Source: a phage. From it: a stretch of 64,000 bases of DNA. Below are positions 37,700 to 47,322 of this stretch, one piece after another (positions within the stretch are counted from its first letter, which is position 1; the number at the start of each line of letters is the position of its first letter). Where the stretch lies: sequence record PZ386969.1. One strand, written 5' to 3'. The position numbers and the translations under genes were made by a program. The notes beneath the pieces were generated by a model. That model did not search any database, was not told the DNA's origin, and saw only the letters and a program-made list of their open reading frames with translations.

Positions 37700-38926
37700 T
37701 CATAACTTCCTCAATTTAGCTCTGGTGACCTGAGTTTGTTTAACGCCGTTGTACTCAGTCAGTTCTTTAACACGACCACGGATGATCATATCACCCTGCA
37801 AGAACTCTGTATCCATATAAGAGGTCTTCCAGGTAATTGTATTGCCTTCTGCTGTTTTGAAAGTAAACAGGTAGCTATCACCATATTCATTGGAGAAGAG
37901 GAAGGTGCGCTTGTCGAACCTGACTTGCACTTCCAGCATTTCACCGACTTCACCCACCCATTTGTTCTCCGCCTTGCGGTCAGTACGAGGACGATGGATG
38001 TAATCGTAATACTTCTTGGCACCCCAGCGGACTGTGTTGTTATCCTTGATGAGGTGATAGCCGGGTTCACACATGCGTTTCAGGCGAACATTGAACTCAT
38101 TAGATTCGGACAGCGCACTGATGAAAAGCTTCATATGGTACATTTCCGACTCGGCATCTTCACGGTATTCGTGTGCCTTGTTTACGAAATACTCTTCATC
38201 GGAACCTGCTTTTGGTTTCTGATGAGACCGGACATAGCCCAGTACTTTGTCAAACAGTTCAGACTTGATATCCACGCCTGCTAGCATCACCTGGAAGCAT
38301 GCGCGCAGGAAACTGTGGGTGTCGACGAAGCGCTCATTTTGGACGCGATATATACCCTCTGGGTCGTCCTCGTCTGGCATGAAGAACTCTTGGATTTCCA
38401 GATAGTAAGACATAATCGCGTCAAGGGACTTCTGATGAGGCACATAATGATGCATACAGGTGCTACCAATCAGCATCTGGGTATGCGTTTCCTCATTTTC
38501 AATCACATACGTGTTCTTGCGACGGATGACTAGATTGCAATGCTGACACCAAGAGACGTTCTCTGTCTCGAAGTGACGGATGAAGTCAGGATTGATGTTG
38601 TCGGACAGGCGGTTAAGAATAACCTTTGGATATTCGTGATTGAACTGACCGATGATCTTCCAGCCACCATAAGAGACGGGGCGGTCAATGCCTTCGCCTT
38701 CGAGAGTAACAGGTTTCCACCAGTGAGTAAGGATCTCACCAGTGAAGTCGCGGGTGTGGGTTTTGAAGGGTTCACCATAAGTCACAGTCGGAAACGGAAC
38801 ACCCAACCTTTCGGCAGTGCGCTCGAGCTTCTTCAGTCGCTCAACTACCAACCCTTCATTGTCGATCGGAATATTGAATGTTTTGACGTTCATTTCCAGC
38901 CTCATGATGTAGTTGTAACTCTTCAA
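37700..38926 (-). CDS. Hypothetical protein (408 aa)
   Basis: Long ORF in replication-gene neighbourhood; no family recognised. Confidence 0.55.
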   Translation of the reverse strand: MKSYNYIMRLEMNVKTFNIPIDNEGLVVERLKKLERTAERLGVPFPTVTYGEPFKTHTRDFTGEILTHWWKPVTLEGEGIDRPVSYGGWKIIGQFNHEYPKVILNRLSDNINPDFIRHFETENVSWCQHCNLVIRRKNTYVIENEETHTQMLIGSTCMHHYVPHQKSLDAIMSYYLEIQEFFMPDEDDPEGIYRVQNERFVDTHSFLRACFQVMLAGVDIKSELFDKVLGYVRSHQKPKAGSDEEYFVNKAHEYREDAESEMYHMKLFISALSESNEFNVRLKRMCEPGYHLIKDNNTVRWGAKKYYDYIHRPRTDRKAENKWVGEVGEMLEVQVRFDKRTFLFSNEYGDSYLFTFKTAEGNTITWKTSYMDTEFLQGDMIIRGRVKELTEYNGVKQTQVTRAKLRKL

Positions 38927-38975
38927 TACAGATTAAATATTAGGCGATTATTTCTTGAAAGTAAAGTTATTGAAG

Positions 38976-39002
38976 TTAAAAAGCCCAGTACTTGACTGGG
39001 CT
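38976..39002 (-). terminator. Rho-independent terminator (- strand)
   Basis: Stem AGCCCAGT/ACTGGGCT followed on the - strand by TTTTTAAC. Confidence 0.6.
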
Positions 39003-39020
39003 TCTTGGTGTTCTATTGAC

Positions 39021-39335
39021 TTATTCGCCACTGGCATTCGGATCTCGATCGGGCTTGGCGTTCGGGAATAGAGACTCGTACAAGTCTTGATATTTCTCGC
39101 TCGTTTCGATCGTCTTATGGTAAGTTCCATTGGCGCGGTCGGATACAACCTTGCGCAGGTCGCTGGCCTTGATGCCCGTCTCTTTCGCCAGCTCGGCCAG
39201 AGTCTCAGTAATGAAAGTCTGTTCCGACTTGATGCGGACCTGGGCGGCACGACAGTTTTCAATCGCACCTATCAGCTTGCGACGGGATTCAGGATCAGAA
39301 GGTAGTACATAAAAACCGATTTGTTCTACAGACAT
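39021..39335 (-). CDS. Hypothetical protein
   Basis: ORF followed by terminator. Confidence 0.45.
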   Translation of the reverse strand: MSVEQIGFYVLPSDPESRRKLIGAIENCRAAQVRIKSEQTFITETLAELAKETGIKASDLRKVVSDRANGTYHKTIETSEKYQDLYESLFPNAKPDRDPNASGE

Positions 39336-39350
39336 TTGGTGTTCCTCTTG

Positions 39351-39686
39351 TTAGGATCTCATACCTTGTGGGATCAGATTAGTCCCGCAACGGCGTAAAA
39401 AGAAGTTTACGATGGAGTGATACTGGAACTTCGGGATGATCTCTACACCATCTTCCGTCGTATACCATTCCACTGTGTTAGTGCGCACTGGAAGGGGGAA
39501 TGACGGCAGATCCAGCTGTACGAGTTCACCCTCTTGGCATATCATACCAATTCCATATTCCTCCCAGATTTTACGATTGTTGAAGAACTCCAGAGTCTGC
39601 TCCGGACTCAGCTCAATCGCTTGTTTGGTGTGGCACACCTGTTTGGCGGCCTGCACCAGGCCAGCCATAAAATCATTGTGTGACAT
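39351..39686 (-). CDS. Hypothetical protein
   Basis: ORF with CCAGGAG RBS. Confidence 0.45.
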   Translation of the reverse strand: MSHNDFMAGLVQAAKQVCHTKQAIELSPEQTLEFFNNRKIWEEYGIGMICQEGELVQLDLPSFPLPVRTNTVEWYTTEDGVEIIPKFQYHSIVNFFLRRCGTNLIPQGMRS

Positions 39687-39718
39687 GATGTGCTCCTGGT
39701 TTACATTCAGATCATAGA

Positions 39719-39746
39719 ATTATACCCTATGACCCGCTTTATTGAA
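39719..39746 (-). promoter_or_regulatory. Promoter-like motif TTCAATAAA-N13-TATAAT (- strand), -10 in hairpin loop
   Basis: - strand TTCAAT 39746-39741, TATAAT 39724-39719, within TCATAG/CTATGA hairpin. Confidence 0.5.
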
Positions 39747-39750
39747 TTGC

Positions 39751-41175
39751 CTAGAATTTCCAATTATTGACTGTTTGGGCTTTCTGCTCATCGCTGGCAG
39801 CAGCCCCGGACTTGTTGAGGTCATGTTTGATGTGTACGTTTTCGACATATTTGGCCTCAGCCTCAGTCAGATCCTTCTTAACTTCGTTCCAGTCCAGGTC
39901 AAACAGGATCTGTTTGTCTTGGTCCATACCAAACAGGAATGACTTCAGCTTCTGCTTGTTGGCATAACGGTTCTTGAGTATTGAGGCTCGGGCTTTCTTG
40001 ACCGCCGCCAGTTCGTCAGGAGCATAGAATGCCATGATGAAGTCGGCCACCTTCGGAATACCGATAGCATCTGCCAGATCACTGATTCCACCATCAGTGC
40101 TATTCTGATTCTCACGATTGAACTGCATACCAGTCCATACAGGGACATCAAACTCAAATCCCAGCGCACGAAACTCACGAGCCACAGACGTGTAATAGAC
40201 GTTCGTGTTCTGCATCAGGTGGGAAGGCAGGCGCGAGGAAGCAGCTTCGCCAAGATAGTCAATAACGATAACATCAGGAGCACGACCTGTTGCCTGGATG
40301 TACTCAAGGATATCGCGGCGGAATAAACCCGTGTGTCCAGTACCAGAAGGATATTCCTTGATGACGATATCACCCTTGGGCGCACCATCTTGGCGACTGC
40401 GGAGCTTCTCTATCGTTGCAATATACTCGTGCCTTGTGAGTTTCTCTAAAGACTCAAAGTCGCGACGCATGATACGGGCATCAAGACGGTGTCGCCAGAC
40501 GTTCTCGGCCACTTCAAGGGTGAAGACAAAGACGTTCAGCCCCTGCTCCGAGTACCCTGCGGTCAGGTCAATCAGCGTTGTGGTCTTACCTGCGTTGATC
40601 GCACCTGTTACGATGTTCAGTGTCTTCTTACCAACGCCACCACGTGTCGCCTTATTGAAGATCTCAACTGCGAACGGGATCTTGGCCTCGTTGGAGTTCA
40701 TGTGGTCATACTGCTCTGCCGCCATCTCCCAATAGATGTGGCCGAGGTATGAATCAAACCGGATAGCCAGGGCTTCCTGCAACATGGTCGGGATGTTGTT
40801 CATCTCGTCCTTGCGCTTCTCGTCACCGTAGATGTTGACGGCGGTCTTGATTGCGTTGTGTACGGCTTTTTGCCGCGCCCAAGCCTCGGTTTCCTTCGCC
40901 AGCCACTCTTCATTGAAGGTGTTGTCGTTGATGTTCTCCAGGGCAGTCACTGCCTGGTCAAACACATATTCGTTCAACTTTGTCCGTTCAAGAATGATAG
41001 ATAGTGCTTCGACAGACGGGCGGGCATTGTACTCTGAGGTATAACTGTCAATCAGGCCAAAGATGACCTTTTCGCCTTCGTTGTCAAAATAATCGGCTTT
41101 CAGGTACGGCAGGATCTTTCTTTGGTAATCTTCATTGTAAATCAACTGTGAAAGCACGACAGATTCGAGTAACAT
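39751..41175 (-). CDS. Replicative DNA helicase (DnaB family, T4 gp41-like)
   Basis: Walker A GAINAGKTT; DnaB-like N- and C-terminal domains. Confidence 0.85.
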   Translation of the reverse strand: MLLESVVLSQLIYNEDYQRKILPYLKADYFDNEGEKVIFGLIDSYTSEYNARPSVEALSIILERTKLNEYVFDQAVTALENINDNTFNEEWLAKETEAWARQKAVHNAIKTAVNIYGDEKRKDEMNNIPTMLQEALAIRFDSYLGHIYWEMAAEQYDHMNSNEAKIPFAVEIFNKATRGGVGKKTLNIVTGAINAGKTTTLIDLTAGYSEQGLNVFVFTLEVAENVWRHRLDARIMRRDFESLEKLTRHEYIATIEKLRSRQDGAPKGDIVIKEYPSGTGHTGLFRRDILEYIQATGRAPDVIVIDYLGEAASSRLPSHLMQNTNVYYTSVAREFRALGFEFDVPVWTGMQFNRENQNSTDGGISDLADAIGIPKVADFIMAFYAPDELAAVKKARASILKNRYANKQKLKSFLFGMDQDKQILFDLDWNEVKKDLTEAEAKYVENVHIKHDLNKSGAAASDEQKAQTVNNWKF

Positions 41176-41181
41176 TGGCCA

Positions 41182-41511
41182 CTACCCCACCAAAAATTTA
41201 TTATATTCCTGAGCATTACGCTGCATGAGGTCTACAAGGATATCCCCTGATACCTCAGTGAACAAGTCATTTTCTTTCAAATTCACAAACATCAGACGCA
41301 ATGGTTTCTTCAATATATCAGTCACGAAAGACAGGCGGGGTTCGCCGTCCACTTCGTTAATAGCCACCTTGCCGAACCGGAATTGAACACCACGGAATTT
41401 GCCAGAAGTGATCTTGATGATCGCCAGCTGATCAGCACCAGGGTCGATGATTGTGTAGTTATTGGGGGAGTCTCCTCCCCCTCCACTATTATTCGCTTGT
41501 GTTAATAACAT
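41182..41511 (-). CDS. Hypothetical protein
   Basis: Start set at internal ATG (MLLTQ); overlaps the UvsX 3' end by about 23 nt; uncertain. Confidence 0.3.
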   Translation of the reverse strand: MLLTQANNSGGGGDSPNNYTIIDPGADQLAIIKITSGKFRGVQFRFGKVAINEVDGEPRLSFVTDILKKPLRLMFVNLKENDLFTEVSGDILVDLMQRNAQEYNKFLVG

Positions 41512-42574
41512 GGTCCATTTGCTCCAGCATGTTAGCAGGCATAACAGTACCGTTAGAAACACCGAACATTTTCTTCACGTCATCGGCGAAGTTGACATTC
41601 TCCAGCAGCGGATACCAGAAATCATCACCCATCTGACGCTTCTGATATTTCTTTTCCTTCTCAGGATCGAAACCGCCCTTGGCTGTACGCACATACCAGC
41701 CGGAAGACGGCATATCAACATAACCCAGAGCACGAGCGATCTCAAGCAGGCCGCTCCAGCGATCAATACCACCGTTGTACAGTACCGTGACAGGGAGCTT
41801 GGCTTTTTCTTTGACATGGCGGCCTTTCATGATGCTTATGTTGAAGTTCCAGCCCAGCAGATCTTTGTCTTCCTTCACCTGAGAACGGGTGATAAACCAG
41901 ATCAAGTTGGAGGATAAGAAGCCCTGTTTGCCGCCTTTGATGTTAGGCTCGGCATATTGGTTGCCGATCTCATCGTAATAGGAGTTGATCCAAACACACA
42001 CGAGATTTTTGCTGTTGATTTCGGGAGTCATGACACGCCAGAAGCTGTTGAGGGCACGGGCGCGGGTCATGTCTTGAGTGTCGTTCCCTTTGATCGCATC
42101 TTCAACTTCCTTGGTGGAGGGAAGTTGGCTGATAGAGTCGATGAAGATTATAACATGGTCGCCTTTCTTGACTTCCTGTAGGATCTGTAGCAATCGGATC
42201 TTGGTCTGTTCAACGTTGTCGATCGGTACGTACAGGACGCGATCCATGTCAATGCCCATAGAGGTCCAGTAATCAGCGTTGGCACCCTTTTCTGAGTCCG
42301 CAAAGACGCAGATAGCATCAGGGAACTTGTCCATGTACGCCTTGACGTCCACCAGACCGAACATCGTTTTGAAGGTACGGGAATCACCCACCATCATCTT
42401 GATACCGGAGATCAGGCCGCCGTCAATACGCCCAGACCATGCGATGTCGATCAGGGGAATACCAGTAGAACAGATGATAGACGGTTCCAGAGCGTCTGAT
42501 TGGGACAGCACTGAAGCCTGGTCATCGTGTTTCTTAGCAACCTTCAGCATGCGGTCCATTAATGAACTGGCCAT
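41489..42574 (-). CDS. uvsX: UvsX recombinase (RecA-like)
   Basis: Extended by-eye similarity to remembered T4 UvsX across the RecA core (FIDSISQL, MTRA). Confidence 0.85.
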   Translation of the reverse strand: MASSLMDRMLKVAKKHDDQASVLSQSDALEPSIICSTGIPLIDIAWSGRIDGGLISGIKMMVGDSRTFKTMFGLVDVKAYMDKFPDAICVFADSEKGANADYWTSMGIDMDRVLYVPIDNVEQTKIRLLQILQEVKKGDHVIIFIDSISQLPSTKEVEDAIKGNDTQDMTRARALNSFWRVMTPEINSKNLVCVWINSYYDEIGNQYAEPNIKGGKQGFLSSNLIWFITRSQVKEDKDLLGWNFNISIMKGRHVKEKAKLPVTVLYNGGIDRWSGLLEIARALGYVDMPSSGWYVRTAKGGFDPEKEKKYQKRQMGDDFWYPLLENVNFADDVKKMFGVSNGTVMPANMLEQMDHVINTSE

Positions 42575-43101
42575 TTCACTTCCTCTTTGTTGTTAATCGT
42601 CGTTAGTAAGTCTACACCCATAACCTTCTGGGACAAAATGTTAACCGCCTCTTGGATGCTCTTCAGGGACATTATCTCAACAAGTGACGATGCGTCATTA
42701 TGCCGGTCGGTTAGGTACATATTGCGCAGATTGTTGTAGTTCGTGCGGTTGATGCACGCAGTGTTCAGTGCTATATTCAGGATATACATCATCTGTTCAA
42801 TGGTTATATCCTTTGGCATAGCGTGGATGTAATAGATCGATCCTTCAAAATAGACGTCTACCAGTTCATCTGGTATCTTGATACCACCACTGGCATACTC
42901 TTCGATCATTCTGAACAGAGACTCTGGTTGCTCGCTGGCGATCTTATGCGTAACAGTCGCCGAAAGACCGTCGCCCGGTTTAACAGGCCTGTTGTATTCA
43001 GTAAGGAATACATTATGGCCGCCGCCGATGATGTGCTCGGCGAATTTGGAGGATGCCTGAGCAGCGTTCTCCGCATGGTATGAAACGACGACTGTAAACA
43101 T
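42559..43101 (-). CDS. Hypothetical protein
   Basis: ORF between uvsX and the nucleotide-metabolism cluster. Confidence 0.45.
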   Translation of the reverse strand: MFTVVVSYHAENAAQASSKFAEHIIGGGHNVFLTEYNRPVKPGDGLSATVTHKIASEQPESLFRMIEEYASGGIKIPDELVDVYFEGSIYYIHAMPKDITIEQMMYILNIALNTACINRTNYNNLRNMYLTDRHNDASSLVEIMSLKSIQEAVNILSQKVMGVDLLTTINNKEEVKWPVH

Positions 43102-43655
43102 TAGAACTCCAGGGTCAGAGGGGTTTCTGCGGACTTGTCGTAATCCGCGCCACCAGAAGCACGCAGACGATTGCGATCGTTCTTGCGTTTGTGCGCCAGC
43201 ATGTAAGTCTCAATGTCGATCTCCATATAAGAACACGCAGACGACAGGAAGAACATGAGAGTCTCAACGCAAGGATCGTTCATGAATTGCCCAAGGCGGT
43301 ACGTAACATTGCGATGCCCTACAACACCCAAAGCAGATGGGGTGAATTCGCGATTACTGAGGACTTCAAATTCTTCTTCGATCTCACCTTTGGTTCGGTC
43401 CACAAGGATGAAGCACAACATGAAGTGTACCACGTCCACCAGTTCATAAACTGCGTTCGTATGGTCAAACCCGATGTCGTTGCCATAGACCTTCCAGTCA
43501 CGGGTGGTTTCATCAAGGAACTCTGCCCACTCACGATAGATGGAGTTGATGACTGCGTTCTGACTCCATACATTCTTCCACTCTTCCCCAAAATAGGCCA
43601 CGTTGGTGACCTTTTGGAGTTCGAGCAGGCTTTTGATATGTCCTGCTGTGATCAT
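43101..43655 (-). CDS. Nucleoside triphosphate pyrophosphohydrolase (T4 gp56 dCTPase/dUTPase-like)
   Basis: YELVDVVHFMLCFILV parallels remembered T4 gp56 FELVDIFHFVLNMFV. Confidence 0.5.
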   Translation of the reverse strand: MITAGHIKSLLELQKVTNVAYFGEEWKNVWSQNAVINSIYREWAEFLDETTRDWKVYGNDIGFDHTNAVYELVDVVHFMLCFILVDRTKGEIEEEFEVLSNREFTPSALGVVGHRNVTYRLGQFMNDPCVETLMFFLSSACSYMEIDIETYMLAHKRKNDRNRLRASGGADYDKSAETPLTLEF

Positions 43656-44221
43656 TTACGTTCTCCGTAGAATTTAACGAACGGTTCCCAACCATCAAAT
43701 GGATTGAGGAATTCGTAGTCCACTTTCATTTGGTCAATGAAAGCCTCTATATCGTCCTCTATGATACCAGCACGGTCGGCCTTTGAAATACGGGTGATAG
43801 GACATTTCGTACTCAGCGCCCATTCATATTCCTGAGGGGTACGCAGATCGCTCACGATATAATGGACGTGGGGGTTCTGCTCTACCAGAGGAAGCTGGAA
43901 GCGCTTGAAGAATGCCAGGAACAGATCGGGTTGTACGTAACGCAAGCCCGTATCGCTGCCTAGATGAAGCCAGATCTGCCGTGGAGTTAAGCCCTTGGGG
44001 TTATCAGGGTGCACGTAAGGAACGTCCTTCACGGCATCCTCTACCTCCGCTGGGAGCCATGGGTAGATGTAGTTGGCCACACGGCGCAGTTCATCTGAGA
44101 ACGAAAGGCGCTGGATGTCCATATCACCCTGTAGTTGGTGATAGCTGATGAGGGACTCCAAACAGAAGTCCTTACCGGAGCGTTTGCGCCCCGTAAAGAA
44201 TTCAAGATTTGGGTACATCAT
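43652..44221 (-). CDS. Deoxynucleoside monophosphate kinase (T4 gp1-like)
   Basis: FTGRKRSGKD and YIVSDLRTPQEYEWA match T4 gp1 motifs (LSGVKRSGKD, YIVPDTRQDHEMDAA). Confidence 0.6.
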   Translation of the reverse strand: MMYPNLEFFTGRKRSGKDFCLESLISYHQLQGDMDIQRLSFSDELRRVANYIYPWLPAEVEDAVKDVPYVHPDNPKGLTPRQIWLHLGSDTGLRYVQPDLFLAFFKRFQLPLVEQNPHVHYIVSDLRTPQEYEWALSTKCPITRISKADRAGIIEDDIEAFIDQMKVDYEFLNPFDGWEPFVKFYGERK

Positions 44222-45264
44222 ACTACACCTTCCAGGAACTTAGGATCAACGATCTTGCGGTCAACCGGAGAATGGGTGAGCGCGGTGTTCAAGCCATGAT
44301 CCTGAATCAGGTCCAGGTTAATGAGCTTTTCGTTCAGTTTGCAGTGCAGACAGTACGCCATCTGTACAATCAGGCCGCGATCCGCATCGTATTCCTTCAG
44401 GTGAGCAACCACAGTTTCCCACGGGCTACCGATATCACAGTGATGAAGCACACCAGTGAACAGATTGCGGATATGGTTCTGGTTGGTCACGTTCGTGAAG
44501 TGGATCATGGAGTTGATGAACCCAGCTTCTACTTTGGTGTCCTTCGTGATCTTGCCCAGCTGCTTCTGGCTGACTTCATTGTTGTAGTAATGAAGATTGT
44601 TAGAGAATAGCTTGTACTGACCGACATCAACATCTAACACCCGAGCAATCACTTCCTGAAGAATAGAGAACTCAATGAAGTTGATTGAACTCATCCCCCA
44701 CAGAACATCCTGTGAGCGATTGATGACCGTCAGGTTCAGACGACCTTCAACGATGGCGAACAACAGAGCCAGGTTACACACCATGTCCTTAGTCTTTGCT
44801 TCGCCGCTCTCGCTGAACTTCGCCAGACCAGCATCCGAATCTAGAGCCGGGTCATAGATGGTGAGGTACGCCTGACGAGTGTTTGGGTTCTTGCGCAGGC
44901 GGTTGATAACGCTATCCAGCTGGCCATGGGCGTACAGACGCGGACCATAAGCAGCTCGCCATGTTACCCCATCATCCGAAAAGTTAGCAGCGCGAGGCAA
45001 TACGCGTGACAGGAACTTTATGTCGTTGCGGCCTGACAACACCCAGAAGGTCTCGCCGATGGCAGCGATAGCCGATGAGTTGCGACCTTCAACGGAGAGC
45101 CAGCGGTCACGAATATCGGAAACAGTGATAGTCACACCATCAAGGAAGCGGGTGCTATCAGTATTGATTTCAGCATTACCAGGATCAGATTCGATCCCGA
45201 ATTCACGGATAGCCAAGACAGCCTGCTTCAGCATGTCATTGTTGTTAATTGCTTTGATTTCCAT
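44218..45264 (-). CDS. Pyrimidine deoxynucleotide hydroxymethylase (ThyA superfamily, T4 gp42-like)
   Basis: ThyA-fold motifs RQAYLTIYDP and NRSQDV; catalytic Cys in MVCN context as in T4 dCMP hydroxymethylase (FMCTN), not the canonical PCH. Confidence 0.65.
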   Translation of the reverse strand: MEIKAINNNDMLKQAVLAIREFGIESDPGNAEINTDSTRFLDGVTITVSDIRDRWLSVEGRNSSAIAAIGETFWVLSGRNDIKFLSRVLPRAANFSDDGVTWRAAYGPRLYAHGQLDSVINRLRKNPNTRQAYLTIYDPALDSDAGLAKFSESGEAKTKDMVCNLALLFAIVEGRLNLTVINRSQDVLWGMSSINFIEFSILQEVIARVLDVDVGQYKLFSNNLHYYNNEVSQKQLGKITKDTKVEAGFINSMIHFTNVTNQNHIRNLFTGVLHHCDIGSPWETVVAHLKEYDADRGLIVQMAYCLHCKLNEKLINLDLIQDHGLNTALTHSPVDRKIVDPKFLEGVV

Positions 45265-45935
45265 CAGATACTCCCAAAATCACGACAGAGGAATGCCATC
45301 ACAGCCTGGTCTACCGTTAGGCCGTGAGACTTCATCATACCCGCAGCCACCGTAGGGAACAAGTCTTTATGTCGTTGACGATGGTCATGAACTCTCTCCC
45401 ACTTCTCGACCACCAGACTTTCATTGAAGTCCACACCGCCGTTACGTGATTTAACGCGGGTGATACACGTTTCAAGAGGAGTGTCCATAAAGAGCACAAC
45501 CAATTCACGTGGTGGGCGTGTCAGACGGGGGATCCAAGAACTCAATAATGTGGATGGAATGATACCTTCGAAAATCACATCATATTTCAAGTATTCTGGT
45601 TGGTCAGCAATAGACAACGCGAACAACATCTGCTCAGTGTCCTTCAGGGAATCAACCCCCTTGGACTTCGACTTGTCATATTTACCGATACAGACCACGT
45701 TGAACGAAGGACAGACAGTCAGCATGACCTTGCCATTATGGGTCACGACATACGCCTGAGGATCCCTCTCCGCCAGCTGAGACGGCACAGTGGATTTACC
45801 GCTACCATTGGAGCCTTTGACGTAGTAGATTTGCCCTCGTGCTGGGTAGATCCCCTTTACGACGGGTGGTTTAAAGAATGTGTGGACGGGGCGCTTCATC
45901 AACCCCTTCAGGGAGTAGGACATAAACTGCTCCAA
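45264..45935 (-). CDS. P-loop kinase-like protein
   Basis: Walker A YVKGSNGSGKST; several aligned blocks with the 1799-2704 protein. Confidence 0.55.
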   Translation of the reverse strand: MEQFMSYSLKGLMKRPVHTFFKPPVVKGIYPARGQIYYVKGSNGSGKSTVPSQLAERDPQAYVVTHNGKVMLTVCPSFNVVCIGKYDKSKSKGVDSLKDTEQMLFALSIADQPEYLKYDVIFEGIIPSTLLSSWIPRLTRPPRELVVLFMDTPLETCITRVKSRNGGVDFNESLVVEKWERVHDHRQRHKDLFPTVAAGMMKSHGLTVDQAVMAFLCRDFGSI

Positions 45936-45968
45936 TAAACAAAAGGAGCTGCTATTATAGCAGCCCCT
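45936..45968 (-). terminator. Rho-independent terminator (- strand)
   Basis: Stem GCTGCTAT/ATAGCAGC followed on the - strand by TTTTGTTTATTGG. Confidence 0.55.
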
Positions 45969-45997
45969 TCATCTTTTGAACAGTTTCTGAACTTAAA

Positions 45998-46837
45998 TTA
46001 CGCAGCAGCTTTCGCTTCAGCCAGAGCCTGTGGAAGCCATTCATTGATCGCCTTAACCAGAGACTCAGCATCAGACTCTTTGATCTTCTGACGTTTGGTG
46101 AAGGACTTGCCGTTCACGTACAGACTGAAGCCCCAGCCACCGGAAACGATAGGCGCAACGTCGACATACGTATTGGTGCGGGCGTGAAGGTTTTCAGGGT
46201 TAGCCAGTTCGGTGACCGGGAACTGGAACCAACGCATGTCTGGGTTCACGTAGCTCAGGAACACGCCGGGGACAACACCAGCTTCAATCGCCGCCAAGAC
46301 CGGACCGTGATTAGAAGCGCGAGCCAAGTCAACCATTTCCTCACGTTTGGTGTGACGGCGTTTACGCTCTACCAGCGCTGCCTGCGGGGTCAGGGTCTTA
46401 CCCTTCGATGCTTCTTTCAGCATAGAAGACGCTAAGGAACCGATTTTCGCGTCGGACGGCTGATTGCCTTCTTCCAGCGCCGCGTTGACTGCATCTTTAA
46501 CCGCGTCTACCGGGGCGTCGGACACTGGGGCTTCACATGCATCGGCAGAGATCGGTGCTTCAGCATCAACGGTTTCAGCGACTTTCAGGGATACTTCAGC
46601 TTGGGCTTGCTCTTGGGCTTGCGCCAGAGCCTGCTGAGTTTCTTCCTTCTCTTCGGCGCTCAGACCTTCAATCAGTTCGAAGCCGTTGGCAGCCTGAAGA
46701 ACACCTTCAACCATACGGCGCAGGGTAACGTTTCCGATGACCAGACCTGCTTCTTTGATTTCAGCCTGAATAGCAGCAACGTCTTTGCCTTCAATTTCAA
46801 TTTTGGTTCCAGAATCCACATGAAGAATATATGACAT
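45998..46837 (-). CDS. Hypothetical acidic protein
   Basis: ORF; Ala/Glu-rich linker and C-terminal globular region. Confidence 0.5.
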   Translation of the reverse strand: MSYILHVDSGTKIEIEGKDVAAIQAEIKEAGLVIGNVTLRRMVEGVLQAANGFELIEGLSAEEKEETQQALAQAQEQAQAEVSLKVAETVDAEAPISADACEAPVSDAPVDAVKDAVNAALEEGNQPSDAKIGSLASSMLKEASKGKTLTPQAALVERKRRHTKREEMVDLARASNHGPVLAAIEAGVVPGVFLSYVNPDMRWFQFPVTELANPENLHARTNTYVDVAPIVSGGWGFSLYVNGKSFTKRQKIKESDAESLVKAINEWLPQALAEAKAAA

Positions 46838-47026
46838 AATAAAAACCCTTTCGTTATTAAGACCGTATCCGCGGCATATTGTTGTTCTGACTGTGTAGTG
46901 AGAACATAATATACTGCATTTTCATAGATGTAAACTACTTTTTATTGAAAAGAAAGTTAACACCTTAGTGTTATAAGGTGCGCGACCAAGCGGAGCGCGA
47001 ACTTGCGTGAATATTAACTTTCTACG

Positions 47027-47308
47027 TCAATATAGAAAAACCATTTCCGGCGGCCAACAATTTGTTAGCTCGACTTTTGCGAACCGTGGTTGGCAGTACG
47101 CATCAACCGACTCATCAAACAGACAGTGTTCTACATTTGCAATCATCAGATCATCATCCACCACTTCAACAGAATGGACAATGATCTTGTGGTCATACGT
47201 CAGGCAACCGTCTAAATGCATGTTGTCGGCGCGGAGGTGTTGCATGATGAAATACTCTATGATCGACTCAAGGACAGTCGTCAGCTTCAGATAACGTTTC
47301 ATACACAC
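47027..47308 (-). CDS. Hypothetical protein
   Basis: ORF only. Confidence 0.3.
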   Translation of the reverse strand: MCMKRYLKLTTVLESIIEYFIMQHLRADNMHLDGCLTYDHKIIVHSVEVVDDDLMIANVEHCLFDESVDAYCQPRFAKVELTNCWPPEMVFLY

Positions 47309-47322
47309 CTCTCACAGTGGAG

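Noticed and set aside
37700-38926. Assignment of the 408-aa protein as a primase (gp61-like)
   Set aside because: No N-terminal zinc-ribbon or TOPRIM signature is visible; left as hypothetical
44218-45264. Annotation as canonical thymidylate synthase
   Set aside because: The ThyA-type PCH active-site motif is replaced by MVCN, as in T4 dCMP hydroxymethylase; a hydroxymethylase call is more consistent with the neighbouring dCTPase and dNMP kinase
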